The notes below the pieces were generated by a model. That model made no database searches. It saw only the letters and a list, made by a program, of their open reading frames with translations, and was not told the origin of the DNA. The position numbers were made by a program, and so were the translations under genes. Of a stretch of DNA of 64,000 nt, positions 50,501-62,696 are shown piece by piece (positions within the stretch are counted from its first letter, which is position 1; each line of letters begins with the position of its first letter). The DNA is from Phoronis australis (Eukaryota > Animalia > Phoronida): assembly GCA_002633005.1 (NCBI GenBank), contig NMRA01000144.1, positions 62,001 through 126,000 of the forward strand, given 5' to 3'.

Positions 50501-53500
50501 TTTTACTGTGAATTTGCCATTCAGGTGATATTACACTAAGCTAAAAATAGTTGAAATAATATGAAATGGTTTTTTGTTTGACTATCAACTACTGTTCAAG
50601 GCTTGATTAGGTGTCACAAAATGATTCATATTTTTCTAAATTTTAAGTCTCAATTGCTTTCAAATCATGTCTTGTAACTTATGGCTTCTTAATTCTGGTT
50701 GTCAAGTCAACAATATGAATAATCTTAATTTGAGAAATAAGCTATGTTGGATTGTGAAGCTTCAAGCCTCCAATTCTTGTGTCTTGCAACTTCATATTTT
50801 TATTCATGCTTGTCAAATTCTGGTGTAAGGAAACACTATTCGGTCACCATGGTAATAGTTACATATACATGTATGTCCATATTTATATCGTGGAAACTTT
50901 TGCTGTTGTATCGTGTTTGTAATGCTAAATGTTGTAAAGTATTGTGCATTTTAAGTTACTTATTATGTTAAAAGGTTGAATCATTTTGGCTTAATGAATA
51001 AAAAATGATAACATTTTGTATTGGACTTGTCATACTTATGTGCTCGAACGAACCCCTATTTGGAGAAATGGAAAAAGGTCGGCCTCAGTCAGAGGAGCAC
51101 GAACTGCGAAAAATGTAGAAAACGAAGCAAAAGTCCAATAGAAGACAGGGAGCACCAAAATTTAGCGTCTGCAATTTGTAGCTCTGAATATACCCAGTGA
51201 ATCTTATAGTAAAAGGTAGACATTCCCAAAAATGTCAGCCCCCCATTTTTTAGGCTTGATGCGCTCACTATGCAAAGTCTGGGCAAGTCTCTGTTGAAAG
51301 CCTACAACTTTGCACAGTTCGCCAGAAGACCCCAAGTTCTAAATAAACCTCGTTTGAGCGAGCGCTGTGGCCAGGAAACCAGGTAGGCCTAAGGGTAGCC
51401 TTGGCACAAAGCTGTATAGGCCTACTAACCAGCTGATTTTGACGATAGTCTTCATACTGGTAGCTGGCACTGAGGCTAGCTAACCTAAGGGCTGCCGCGG
51501 CAGTGTGACACAGGAGTAACCAGCCCGTAATTTTATGCACGTGTCTGAAACTACTACGGCATTTATGATTTGAACATTTTACTTCGTTAAAACAGCTTGC
51601 AACCGCATGCCTTTACCGTTCGCCAGTGTCGTGTCTCGATCCGCACCGGGTCAGATAGGCTTCGGTCCGAGTCCGGCAAAATAATTTCTGTTAAACTTTA
51701 TTCGCCACAATTCTTCGGAAAATTGTCCGTGTTTTGACTTTATTAAAATTAAAAATAAGACGCGCTGTCGATTATTTTATCCCTGTTTGCAGGCTGGTAA
51801 CCGGCATTGCTCCAGTCGCACTGACAGCGTCTTCTTAGCCTGGGTTCCTGAATGAATTGTACTTCCTCGTTTGCGGCAAGTTCAAAATGGCGGTGGTTCT
51901 TCGAGTGCGAATCGTGAGTGGCGCGTTCATTTTAACTTTTTTAGAGTACGGATCTCGTATTAGTTATGGGGTAAGTATTTCTTGGATCCTTATAACATCC
52001 TCTAACCATGTAATAGGGGTTAACAACGCGTGGGACCAGGTCTTTAATAATGTCGTTTCGAAAGCTTGTAGTATAAACCAAAGAAGAAGGTTGTTTTCGG
52101 CACTGACAATGACGTAGTTTACAACCATATTAAGTATTTCTTATATTTTATATTATCATTAATATAATTCGGTAAACTAAATGTATTAAGGGCTTTCACT
52201 CAGGTCAACTAGAGAAAGAGACTGAGGGCTTCATGAATGAGGCATTAATCATAACTAAAACTGGGCTTTCAATCGAAGCTTTTAAGGAGTTGCGGCAGAT
52301 GTCGCACGTACCTCCACTCGTTCCGTGGGCTCGACACTTACGTAATTCCATAAGTTTTCCGGCTGGCAAGGAGCCGCTGAGCTTGAAGAAATTGGACTTA
52401 TAGTTTCGAAGAGATGTAATCAATAAACATTCTGCAATATGCAAGACTGTATCTGTGACTTCTTGGTGAATGTTCTAACCACCATCTATATTTCGATGAA
52501 AACGTTCTTACATTTTGTTCCTGTAGTAGTAATGATTCTTTTGCCGGTGATCATTTATCACTAACTGAAGGAAACATAAGGAAGCTCATATTCTCCCGTA
52601 CTCTAGTCGGGTGCTCGAAACCCTTGGCCAACGGTAGTCCATTTCGACTAATTTCTGCAGGGGAATGCCGATAGAAACTATTATATCCGTCCCATTTTCT
52701 TTGTATTTTTGTTAATGTTGGTATCCTATTGGGCAAATTGCACCCTTTCACGTTTGATAGGACCCATTTGATTATACAACACAGACCTGATCATTGTGGT
52801 ATGAGTAAATGAAGTGAGAAACTCTTCCTGTACAAAAAGCTCCAACCCCCACCCCCTCCCACGTAAATTTAGGGAACCTGGTAGCCACTTGATGAAAACG
52901 CCACACCGCGTCCTGCAATATGATCCCCGAGTTAAGAAACCACTCTTTCAATCCGTGACTTCGTAACAAAATTTTCAGACTACTTTTATTCATTACAGTC
53001 CATTGCGGAAGATTCAGATCAGTCTGTTAGTTCCCTGTGGCCACCTTTTTTCCTTTCAACCCCTTGCCTCCTCAGCCCCCAATCTCGTTCCCCTACATCA
53101 ATACATATCACATTCTGTCCCGATCACCACCCATTCCCCGCAGCCAATTTCCGCTCCCTAGTAACTAGTTAAGAGTGACGCCATATAAAAACAACAGGTA
53201 GAGTCTATACCCAAAACCACCGATTTTTTTGAAACTTAGCACATGAGTTTGGTTTGTTGAGATGTAGAAAAACCTCACTTTTTAAGAATTTCCATTGATT
53301 ATTTTTCTTTTTATGACCTGTACCGCCATTTTGCAACAAAATTGGGCGTCGAAGTAGGCATGTTTGAATGCATTTTACTAGCATGTGTGGTACGGTCAAA
53401 ACAAATGAATGATACGAATTGATTGGGCAGTGGTTGAATAATTTAATGGCAGAGATTTCAAAATCCATTTGTAAATTTGTACGTTTTGAATTTGTGAGCC

Positions 53501-56500
53501 AAAAACGGCTATTTTTCAGGTTTTCACTGAAGCCATTTTCTGCCAAATTTGGCACTCAGTAGCAGCCATAACTCACCTTTCCTGAAATTGAATTTATAAT
53601 AATTTGTTCAGTCATTCCTAACCTGTTCATAATCTAAAATAAAAAATCTTGCCTCTAATGTAGTTTTTGCGTACGAAGCATTACACGAACTGCACTTCGT
53701 CCTTTTGCATGCTCTCAGTTGCCTCTGCTGCCAGTAGGGGGCTCTTGGAACATATAATTAGCTTGCGAAACACGACATAAAAACCTTTTATTTTGGAGAA
53801 AAGGCAGACAGCATTATTAACGACATTGATGATTATTGCTTATTACAAAAAATATGTAACTGGCATGCGTGGTTCTAAATGATAGATGGCGCTGCTTTTG
53901 TTTTACGTGGAGACCGAAGACCCATCTAGAATAAGAGCAGTAACACGAAGACCTTGCTATAAATCAAGACTTCGCGAGATATTGACATGCATTTTAAATG
54001 AAAACACGTGGTCTTAGATAAATTTTAGAGAGGTTCTAGTGTTACTGAACTCACCCCTGCCTTGTTTTCTATCTGCCTTGTTCGTGCCACAGGCAAAGGA
54101 AGGCACCCAAGGTGGATATGGCCCCCTTGTGTTCAGTGCAAAAATCCTTCAACTTGTCAATAGTCACTGTAACTTTGGGTTCATATTGTAATGTCCCTGC
54201 TGGTTGCTACAAATTTTAGTCGACACCAGTCGCCAGAAATCTGGTGTTCCCCCCACACACCGGGCACCCTAACGCTGAATATTTCTGCCAGTGTGATCAT
54301 CAGTGGTATAAAAAGGTACACATTCACAGTCAATAGAAAATAATTCACGAGAGACGATTTTATTAATGACTCATTCATGACTGACATGAAGTAAACAGAA
54401 GTAACGGTCTCGACTTCATATATCACACATCTTTGACCGGTATGCTACAAAACTAGGCTAAACGTTGAGCTCATTTACCACTTCATTCAGTAAATCTGAC
54501 GATATAACAGCATCTTCAGCAGAAATAGCATCGTCATAAACATTGCTGCAGGCAACCTCGAAAAAATCCCCCAATCTGCGATTCACTTAATATCGCAGGT
54601 AAACACTTTACCTGTGGGTTTTCGTAATGTTTTCTCCGTTTTGGCACTTCCGAGGGTGAACGTTTTTACCTGACTTATCTCCTTCATCGAATATGTTTGT
54701 CAGAAAGTTCTTAACCTTTGCTGAAAATCTTGTTGACCTTTTACCTTTTTCAATGCCTAACCTATTGCTTCAGCATTCGTCTCATCCAAATAGTACTCTG
54801 AGGCTGCCTCAAATGATGCTCCGACTCTTGCATCTGAATGCATTTCTGACCACTGTCGTGCGATGTGGTCATACGTGGTTTCCCTCTGTAAATGTTCAGT
54901 ATGGTTACCCACATCCAAATGCTGACCGAGTTCTGCGTCTGTAGCAAAAAATTTCGTGTAACCTTGCTGGGTTCAAGGGAACTTTTGTTAAGGCTCTTCA
55001 CTAGATGCAATGCCAACCTTAACTCTTGGTGTTGAAAATCCGCCATGTCTAGAGATGTACATGTATTTTAGAGAAATATGTTTCCCATTTTCTCAGTATT
55101 TGAAAGAACTTACCGTCACCTACATGGAATGATTTCCACACGCGAATTCCTTGGGTGGAATAGTGGGAATTTGGGAATGTGCTTTTACCAGGAACTGAGT
55201 ATTTTGGAAAAGACTTTGTTACATTGACTGAACATGCATACATATAACATCCCTTCACACGGCCACTGGAAAGTAATGCTTCTTTCAAATCCAGAAAGTT
55301 TATGGTATTGTTACCTTCGGCTACAAAGTACTTTGCATTTTGTTTGAGTGGAGCGATCTTGCGATCACAGAGATCGTTTCTATTCTGACTTTCACTTATC
55401 TCGAAAGAGAAATGCCGGTAGAATTTGACAAGGCTGCTACATGTACGTTCAGGAGGAGAGGAGCAGAGTGGTAACGTCAAGCATTACCTGACTCTTCCAT
55501 GACTGGTCCTGTTCAGTCAGAAATTCACCGACTCTGGGTAGTACGATTCCGTACTCTGGCACAGGCCTTGCTTTGTTAGGTAGTTTCCTGTATCTCAAAT
55601 GTTCAGTGGTGTCTTTGACATAACTCACTAAAGCACAAAGCTTTTGTCATCGGATTTTTTGCAGAATAAACTCTAAAGGAACATGAAGGCCCATCGACAT
55701 CGTCCGCCATTTTGTCTTTTTAAAATGCACTTGCTTCTCTCAAAACCAGTCATTACAAATATGAATTCTTACTCGTTTAATCTTAAAGGCATTATTTCCA
55801 TTTAAAAGTTCTACAAGGCGTAATTAACCTGATAACGTAAAAGAAATGAAAGAATACAAGAGGGTTACACGTACATTTTTTATGTATCCCCAAGCTTAAC
55901 CTCAACTGAATCCCTCAGTGGGCAAAGGTCATCGGGTTCAGTTTTGATACAAGCCGCGTAATAAACCCGGAAAATATCTTGCTTTCATTTGAGAGAGTTT
56001 AGACTTGGTTTCTATAACTACTTCTCGCCAAAAAGTTTGTTCAAATGGTCTGTAAACTCTGCTCGTCATTTCCAAACTATGAAAATAGACAGTTTTGCAA
56101 GACAATTTTCACTAAAGTGAAAAGTTGAGGCAAGAATTTTTATTGCTCAGTCATCAAGACTAACTCTTTAACTGTATGTTCAAAACGTCACATAAGGCTA
56201 CAAGGTGTTTTATGGCAGTAAGGTAAAAAAATGGCCACTAAAATTAGTTCCAAAAAGTGGTCTGTGGGTTATCTCCCCTTTCTAGCACAAAACTGTCAGA
56301 TTTTAATAAATGGCACAGAATTATGCACAGTACATGTATACGTTGGTTATTTCAGCCACCAAAATATAGCTTTTGACCTATTTTGTATGTTACTCATTAC
56401 ATGCGATTTTTGAGACGGCTAATATGCCCAATTGTGCCAATTTGTTACAGGTCCTTGATTGCACAAAATTTGGCATTTGGGTTTATTTTAGGATACCTAC

Positions 56501-57271
56501 CCATGTACAAAAAATGAAGTTCTTTTAAATTTTGACGTATAGACTGATTTTTGAAAATCTACTGGTTTTTATATGGACTGTCTTTTAACTATTCTCGACA
56601 ACCTAAGAATGTGAAAAAATCGTTGGTTGCCGTGACGCTCTAAGGTGAGCGCTCTCGATTTCAAAACCGTTTTATACATTTGTACTTATGTTACTACACG
56701 TGCGTTTGATTACATTTGAAATAATGATTCGTTGGGTTTTTCAACTCTCTAGCAAAGGGTGGGTCCTGTTAAATGAGTAAAACGCGGACGTTAGACGTGA
56801 AGTATAGGTCATATGCTATGTACAGTGTAATTTGAAAACACTACAGAACAAGAACATAGATAAGTAATTAAGAATCAAAACAAAACGATATTTACCTCAT
56901 ACACACCACTGGCGTCCTTAACCCATGACCACTGGTTACCGTCTTTGCTATACAGTACCAAATAAGAAGTGACAAACTCCTCTTTTTGTTGCGAATGTCC
57001 TTTGATTACAGTCCCTGTTACATTTCTAACCTGACCCAGGTCAAAGTGTATCCATGGAATCTCATTCAAATTATTCGGAGACCACGCTCCCTTTTCCAGA
57101 CCGTCTCTAGTTCTGAATATGCGTGCCCTACTCGGTCCCATATTGCGCTTTGAGGACGACGCCGTGATGTTCTGATCAGCTATGGGTTGATCACCCGAAA
57201 CTAACAATTTGGTGCACGGGTGAGCATCAATGTCTTCAATTTGCATCATTCCGTTGTGTTCATGCAGAGAT
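47545..57271 (-). CDS. Discoidin / coagulation factor 5/8 type C (FA58C) domain protein, last two exons; 5' exon(s) unresolved
   Basis: Exon 56896-57271 (...IADQNITASSS..GPSRARI..GAWSP..PWIHFDLGQVRNVTGTVIKG..FVTSYLVLYSKDGNQW..YE|gtaaat) splices in phase 0 to exon 47545-47685 (ttacag|TFRGNFDTETVKVNAISPLIEAQHIVIHPLDWHGWIALRADVLGCL*), completing the domain. Confidence 0.85.
48841..49152 (+). mobile_element. BEL/Pao LTR retrotransposon remnant (integrase C-terminal, DUF5641-like)
   Basis: PLTPNHVL...[30 protein letters not shown]....NLHIGD matches the characteristic BEL/Pao C-terminal motif. Confidence 0.85.
53173..56584 (-). mobile_element. Degenerate DNA transposon with TTAA TSD, most consistent with Sola3; transposase remnant at about 54545-55480
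   Basis: Left end TTAA|GAGTGACGCCATATAAAAAC; right end reverse-complemented TTAA|AAGACAGTCCATATAAAAAC. Minus-strand remnants: SESQNRNDLCDRKIAPLK..AEGNN..LKEALLSSG, GIRVWKSFHVGDGK, and G*ALKK..RFSAKVKNFLTNIFDEGDKSGK. Superfamily assignment is from recall. Confidence 0.65.
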
Positions 57272-57884
57272 CTATCATTTCCAAAAAAAGTAACACATAA
57301 CAAAAGGGCTGAAATTGTCTTTGCAAAACAGCAAACAAGCTATTCTTACTACAGTATCTATTTAAGATAATTTTAGGACCTTGGTGACTAGTCTGTGTAT
57401 TTACAGTTTTTAGTTTTTAACTCAGTAAAAGTAGAAAGCCTGTATAATTTGAAGTTTGACTTGCACTTTCCAGGAGTTTGAAAAGCGAAGCGTCGCGAAC
57501 TGTATCCACTACATAGGCTCAATGCCACAACCGTGTGAATACTGGCAGCAGCGTCCAAATGCAGTAACAAGCTAAGCTCTTATACGCGAAGGATTGTGGA
57601 ATAACGGGAATCCAGCGTAACACAGCTGGTAGACGCAAAAAACCCGGGAAAATACATACCATTTTTCTTTTCAAAAATTAAAATTACGTCTCAATATTAT
57701 TTTCTATTCAGGGCCAAAACAGCGATCCAAAACCAGAATTTTTATTTCACATTAGACATGCACCAAGAGTTTTCGTACCCTTACATTCATAAATAATTCA
57801 GAGCAAATCATTTTCCAAAAAAGTTTAACAATGCCAGGAGCACGTGACCAATCAGTAGCAAGTGACCACTCAAAGTGATGACGT

Positions 57885-58790
57885 CAGTACCAGGTACGCA
57901 AGGAATCAACAAAGTTCCCTAAATCGTTTGCGTATTTGTTTCGCTCTATAGTCACAAGCGTGGTATTTTTTCTTTCCCTTTATCTTTATTGTGTGCTCTT
58001 TTTTGACGAAATTGATGACATTTTGTAATAATATAACAGAAAATGGAGCTTTTAATTCAATTAAAATAATTAGGGACTTATATAGTCCTTAAATTGGGGG
58101 CGTTGCATGAGATTTCAACGTAGAGTTTACTTTCGGTTTTGTATCAAAGTCAAACATGACACTCAAACAGCATAAGAAAAGACAATCAGTGTTTTTACAA
58201 GCCCACAAATATGCTTTAGATTTAGGGAACTTAGTTGAGTCCGTATTTGGGACTGTTTCATGCAATCGGCCACAGATGTCTCAAACGTAAGCCATCTTAG
58301 GTCAAGTGAATGACGTCATCATTTTTGTTGTCGCGTTTTCCTGTCCCGGTTGCATGAAAAGGTCACAAATAGGGACTCCACTAAGTTCCCTAATATTACT
58401 GCGTACAGTTGTGGATTGATTGTCCTTTCTGGTGCTGTGTTAGTTTCATTACTGAGACAGTTGTTGGATTTGATACAAAGAGAGGGCAAATTTTACGTTC
58501 AATTATCAACATAATTAAACATAAGTAGGTACCTTTTTATGCAACGCCCATAATATAGGTACCACTGAGCTAAGGGCTCAAATTTCATTTGTTAGAAAAT
58601 TCCATTGGTCAGAGAGGATGTCATGATCAGGATAAAATGACAGGAGAAGAAAACATCTGGAAGTAAAACACAAATACTTAGAAGAGGCCCTATTTGGGAC
58701 TGTTTCTTTCACGTACAACCGGGTAACTGAAACGTTCGCCATCTGGCTCATCCAACTTGCGTCAACTGAATGGCGTCATCATTTTTGTGG
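57885..58790. repeat. Cluster of related palindromic MITE fragments
   Basis: AAGTTCCCTAA / TTAGGGAACTT inverted pairs. GGGGCGTTGCATGA..TCATGCAATCGGCC and CCGGTTGCATGAAA..TTTATGCAACGCCC ends. tatttgggactgtttc and gccatct..tgaatg.cgtcatcattttt each occur twice. Confidence 0.6.
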
Positions 58791-59230
58791 TAACATGCTC
58801 CGCAGTGTTGTGTACTCCCAGCATGTATTTTTTTGCAACGAAATCTTATGTTCTGCTTTGGAATTAGTCACTCTAGAAGGTGAGTCAATGTCCCAGTGAT
58901 ATGTACTCTGGTGGGAGATATTCTAATAACTCCCCTTCCCCCAGTCATAAATCGTCATCTTTTCCGACCCACCCCAAACTCGAGTGGTGACGTAATACAG
59001 TATATGAACGTTCTCATACATAGTATTAGCTGTGTCACATCAAGTATGTCATGTTCTGATACTGGCATAGTGTTCTGAGATGTCGTATGTGTACGTGGAA
59101 TACTCGAATGAACATTAAATTCTGAATCAAATCAAGCAATCTCAAGATTAGATAGCGTTATTTAATGAAGACAGATAGGTTTTATTTGGCCTTGTTCACA
59201 TTTGGAAGATTTTATGTAGAATATTACAAA

Positions 59231-59352
59231 GTCGTTATCCCCGTATTTTAGAGCCCGAGTGGAATTTGGAGAAGTATCACCCAAGAGGCGTTAGCCCCGA
59301 TGGTGATAATTTTGCAAAATCCCCGAGGGCTCTAGATAAGGGGGATAACGAC
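59231..59352. repeat. About 120-bp imperfect palindrome (Crypton-like non-autonomous element core)
   Basis: gtcgttatcccc..tagagccc..tatcacc[caagaggcgttagccccgat]ggtgata..gggctctag..ggggataacgac. The loop resembles the CCGAGGCGAAGCCGAGG motif of such elements. Confidence 0.6.
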
Positions 59353-59906
59353 TGAGAACATGTAATAATCTATATATACCACACACTGAACGAGAACCAT
59401 TGATTAAAATGTGTGGATCTAACTTTCTCGACTAGCCTCAGCTTTGCAACTACTTTCTATGTCAGAGGCCCGGGGTCGGAGGTCGTGACCTTTTAAGAAA
59501 ATCGGGCTATTTTTGTCAAATAATGCTTCTACTCAAAACCAACTGAAAATTTAATCAAAATAGAAATAAAGTGAATCTATAAATTAAGGTTTAGCAACTA
59601 TTATAGCTTACTACACATTTTATCACGCTAACCTTCGACCGTGAAAATATCGTCTGCTAAAGTAGGTTACTACTGGTAACTGAGTATAAATGCTCAAGTC
59701 AAGGGATCCCGACGACACCACAATACCCGCATTCAAATTGGAGATCGGTGATTTACAAGTGAGAGAACATGAGAGAAAAATTCAATTGAAGTATAATATT
59801 GTTTTTATGAAAATTATGCGTCTTATTTTTCATAGCGTATTAAATGTCGGGACAACGCCGTTTGTTGAACAGGCGATTGTTGCACGTGCTCATTTAAGTA
59901 TTCTAT

Positions 59907-62696
59907 CAAGGAGTGTAGTAGTATAGGAGAGTTCACTTGTGAGTTCGCTGTTACCGCTACTACTAGCGCCGCCAAGTGTTGAACAAACAACTGTCAACCA
60001 GGAAGCGCCAAAATAATAAGGAAAGACGCATTTTGAATTCATCCACGAAAACCCCAGATCCAGAAAGGTAAGGATTATCTGTTATTCAATAAAATTATAC
60101 ACTGGCTTTCATTTTGTGTTCTGTTCACGGTTGTTAGACAAGTCGATCACAGTCACGTTGCCACTGTTCTGTTGTCTGCAGTGTAGGCTAGGCCTACTGT
60201 ACAACCGGGCTGCCGGCGGAAGGACTATGATGAACGTACGATGTGATCGTCAGCTTTTTGGATACTTGCAGTCCATCAATTCCAAATCAAAATGTCACCC
60301 GTACGATCGCAGGGACAATTTTAGGAAAACATACCCATGCCCATGATGGCTATGAGTAATTTGACTGGTGACACAGCCATGGCACAATCACAGCCACAGG
60401 GCCACTAAGTCTGTCATTAGTCAAGTTAGCGAATCTGTGGGTCTCGGTGAAAAGGTGAAAAATCCGAACATAATTTTAATGTGCCAGTTGAACCAATTAA
60501 GTTAAGCAGTGCGTCATTGAAAACTTAGTTCTATGTGTCAATGATGCGGAGGCGCGGCCCTGTTAAAATATCTGTGGAGCAACAGTTGAGTCCGAGTTTT
60601 TTTTCAGTTGACACCAAAACACTTTTGTCTCTATCACAATTACAGGAATTCTGTAGTGTAGTGTAGGCTGCCAGTCTTCTGTGAACCTAGTGAGTATGAG
60701 GTTTGTTCCTGAGTCTCTCAGTCATTGATTTCTGTTCAGGTGTAAGCGCTGGGAGCTGACCTTATGAATAGAGATGCAACCTATTTGTCCAAGAACCGCA
60801 AGTTATGCTCTCATCACTTCGAGGAGTCCATGTTCATGAATGAAGAACAAGCTGGTATTGACTGCAGTGCCCGAACAATATTTGATGTCCCGAATCCACC
60901 AAAAATGAAGATGTCAGGGTCAAAAAGTTCTCCGGAAATTATATTACAGCTCTGGAATAGGCTTTTTTGCATTGTTGATTGTCGTCTCACAAAGCAAGTA
61001 CTGGAACATCACGTGTACTAGAAAAGACAATTATAGTCAAAATCTGGTTTTCGTATTTTACTAAGGTTGATCAGATTGAAACATTTTATGAATGGTTAGC
61101 CTGTGATTTTAAGAGAGTCTGAATGGTGGGCTGACATTTTGTTAAACCCAAGCTATCCGTATCGTTTTGCTTCTCAATGACAAACACCTCTGTGAGTATA
61201 CTAGTTATCAGCTTCAACGCATTTCATTGGCAAAAATAGCTGATGTTTACTAGTAAATTAATAGAGAGAGAGAAGGTTGGTTAGATTTTCTTGTTGTATT
61301 GATGCATGTGTTGCCTATTTTGTACGTTTTTGGAGATTGTGATTAATTTAAGCCCCAGTTGTGGCTAAGTAACAAATATGATCTTGTGGTCTAGCTTTAG
61401 CTTACCTGAAATATTTACTATTATTGATAATATGAACAGTGGGTATAGAAAATAAAAATTTTACATTGATCATCCAAGTCTTTTTAATTCAGTTTTGTAA
61501 GAAGTTGTGGGGCTAGTGAATATTTTGATTGCTGTTCAGTACCTCTTAACTTTTTTGTCATGACATGTTGAACTTTGACTAGTTATGCGTGGCGATATAC
61601 TCAATGTGGGGTGGGGCTCGAATTCCTGACGATGTAGACCTTTTGCTAACAAATGAGTGCCCGGGGCGGATTAAAAAAAAAAAAAAAAAAATGGGATCAC
61701 CACTGTGAATTGTGCGTTTGCCTTTCTTTAGTGGACTTTTGTCCCATTTTCTCAGAATTTTTGTCTCTCGGGGACGGACCTTTTTGACCACTTCGCAAAA
61801 TTAGTGCTCGTTTGAGCCCCCCGAGCCCCCTGGGTGCGCGCGTGGGAGAGTGAGATCGAGTTTACCCTATGCTGCCATGTCAAAGAAATAATGGAATGTT
61901 CTAAAATTATATTACAATTTTGTGGTAGTGGATTGCTTTCTTCTTCTTACATGTGGAACACCCACTACACCAAGCAATTGTTCGCATTGCTACTATCCTG
62001 GTGCATTGAATAGAGAACACCGGCATGCAAAATTCAGTGTTGGGTTGAGGTGAAACCAGCAGTGATCTGGGAGCAACATGTTTGTCAATGGTCAGGGGAG
62101 CAACCAAAATTTGTGACGATGGGAGGAGCTCAACACCCATGTGACATACCCCATTGGTTTACCTGTTTAGCACTCCTCCCATGTAACCCCCCTGGGAGGG
62201 GGTCAACACCAATTTGGCGCCCACCTGGTTTATGCCTGGTATCCCGTTAGCTGTCACCTGGGGGGAATTACCCTCTGAACCCCCAGGAGCAATCATTCAA
62301 ATTTTGTAGTGCGTGGAGGTATGAACTGTTATAAGGAAAGATAATTTGCCTTGTTAAGAACTCAAACATGAAACAAAACTGTGACAGATTTTGAAGGGAG
62401 CTTCAAGAGAATAAAAACAAATACACTTTAATATTGATTAAAATACACATTTTCTTTCTCATTCGATTATAGGTGGATGTTAGTTTACGTATTCTATCCA
62501 TTTTCAATAACACAGTAATTTTATTGCACGCTGAACGTCATTAAAGTATGAATTCATCAGTGTTTACATTGTTCGAACTGCGCTCCTAAGTAAGTGTCGA
62601 TTATTCACCGCTTGGAGCGCTAGTGTCTCCACCGGTAACCATCGCGGCCAATGGTAAAATGGCGGAGTGAACTCTCCTATACTCGCACACTCCTTG
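59907..62696 (+). mobile_element. P-superfamily-like non-autonomous DNA transposon with a spliced THAP remnant
   Basis: 31-bp TIR CAAGGAGTGT(AGT/GCG)AGTATAGGAGAGTTCACT (28/31 identical). 7-bp TSD ATTCTAT (59900-59906, 62697-62703). Split THAP: ..DPER|gtaagg (60067) to ttcag|CKRW..ADLMNRDATYLSKNRKLCSHHFEESMF..TIFDVPNPP (60740-60900), with a frameshift. Confidence 0.85.
61584..61844 (+). mobile_element. Third copy of the CATG..CATG MITE family, nested in the P-like element
   Basis: ggggctcgaatt, gtggacttttgtc, cggacctttttg and cccctgggtgcgcgcgtg match the other copies. No TSD is recognisable. Confidence 0.6.

Noticed and set aside
57388-57662. Signal-peptide exon for the FA58C gene
   Set aside because: The hydrophobic frame starts at TTG after an in-frame stop, the ATG frames terminate, and the available donor is weak.
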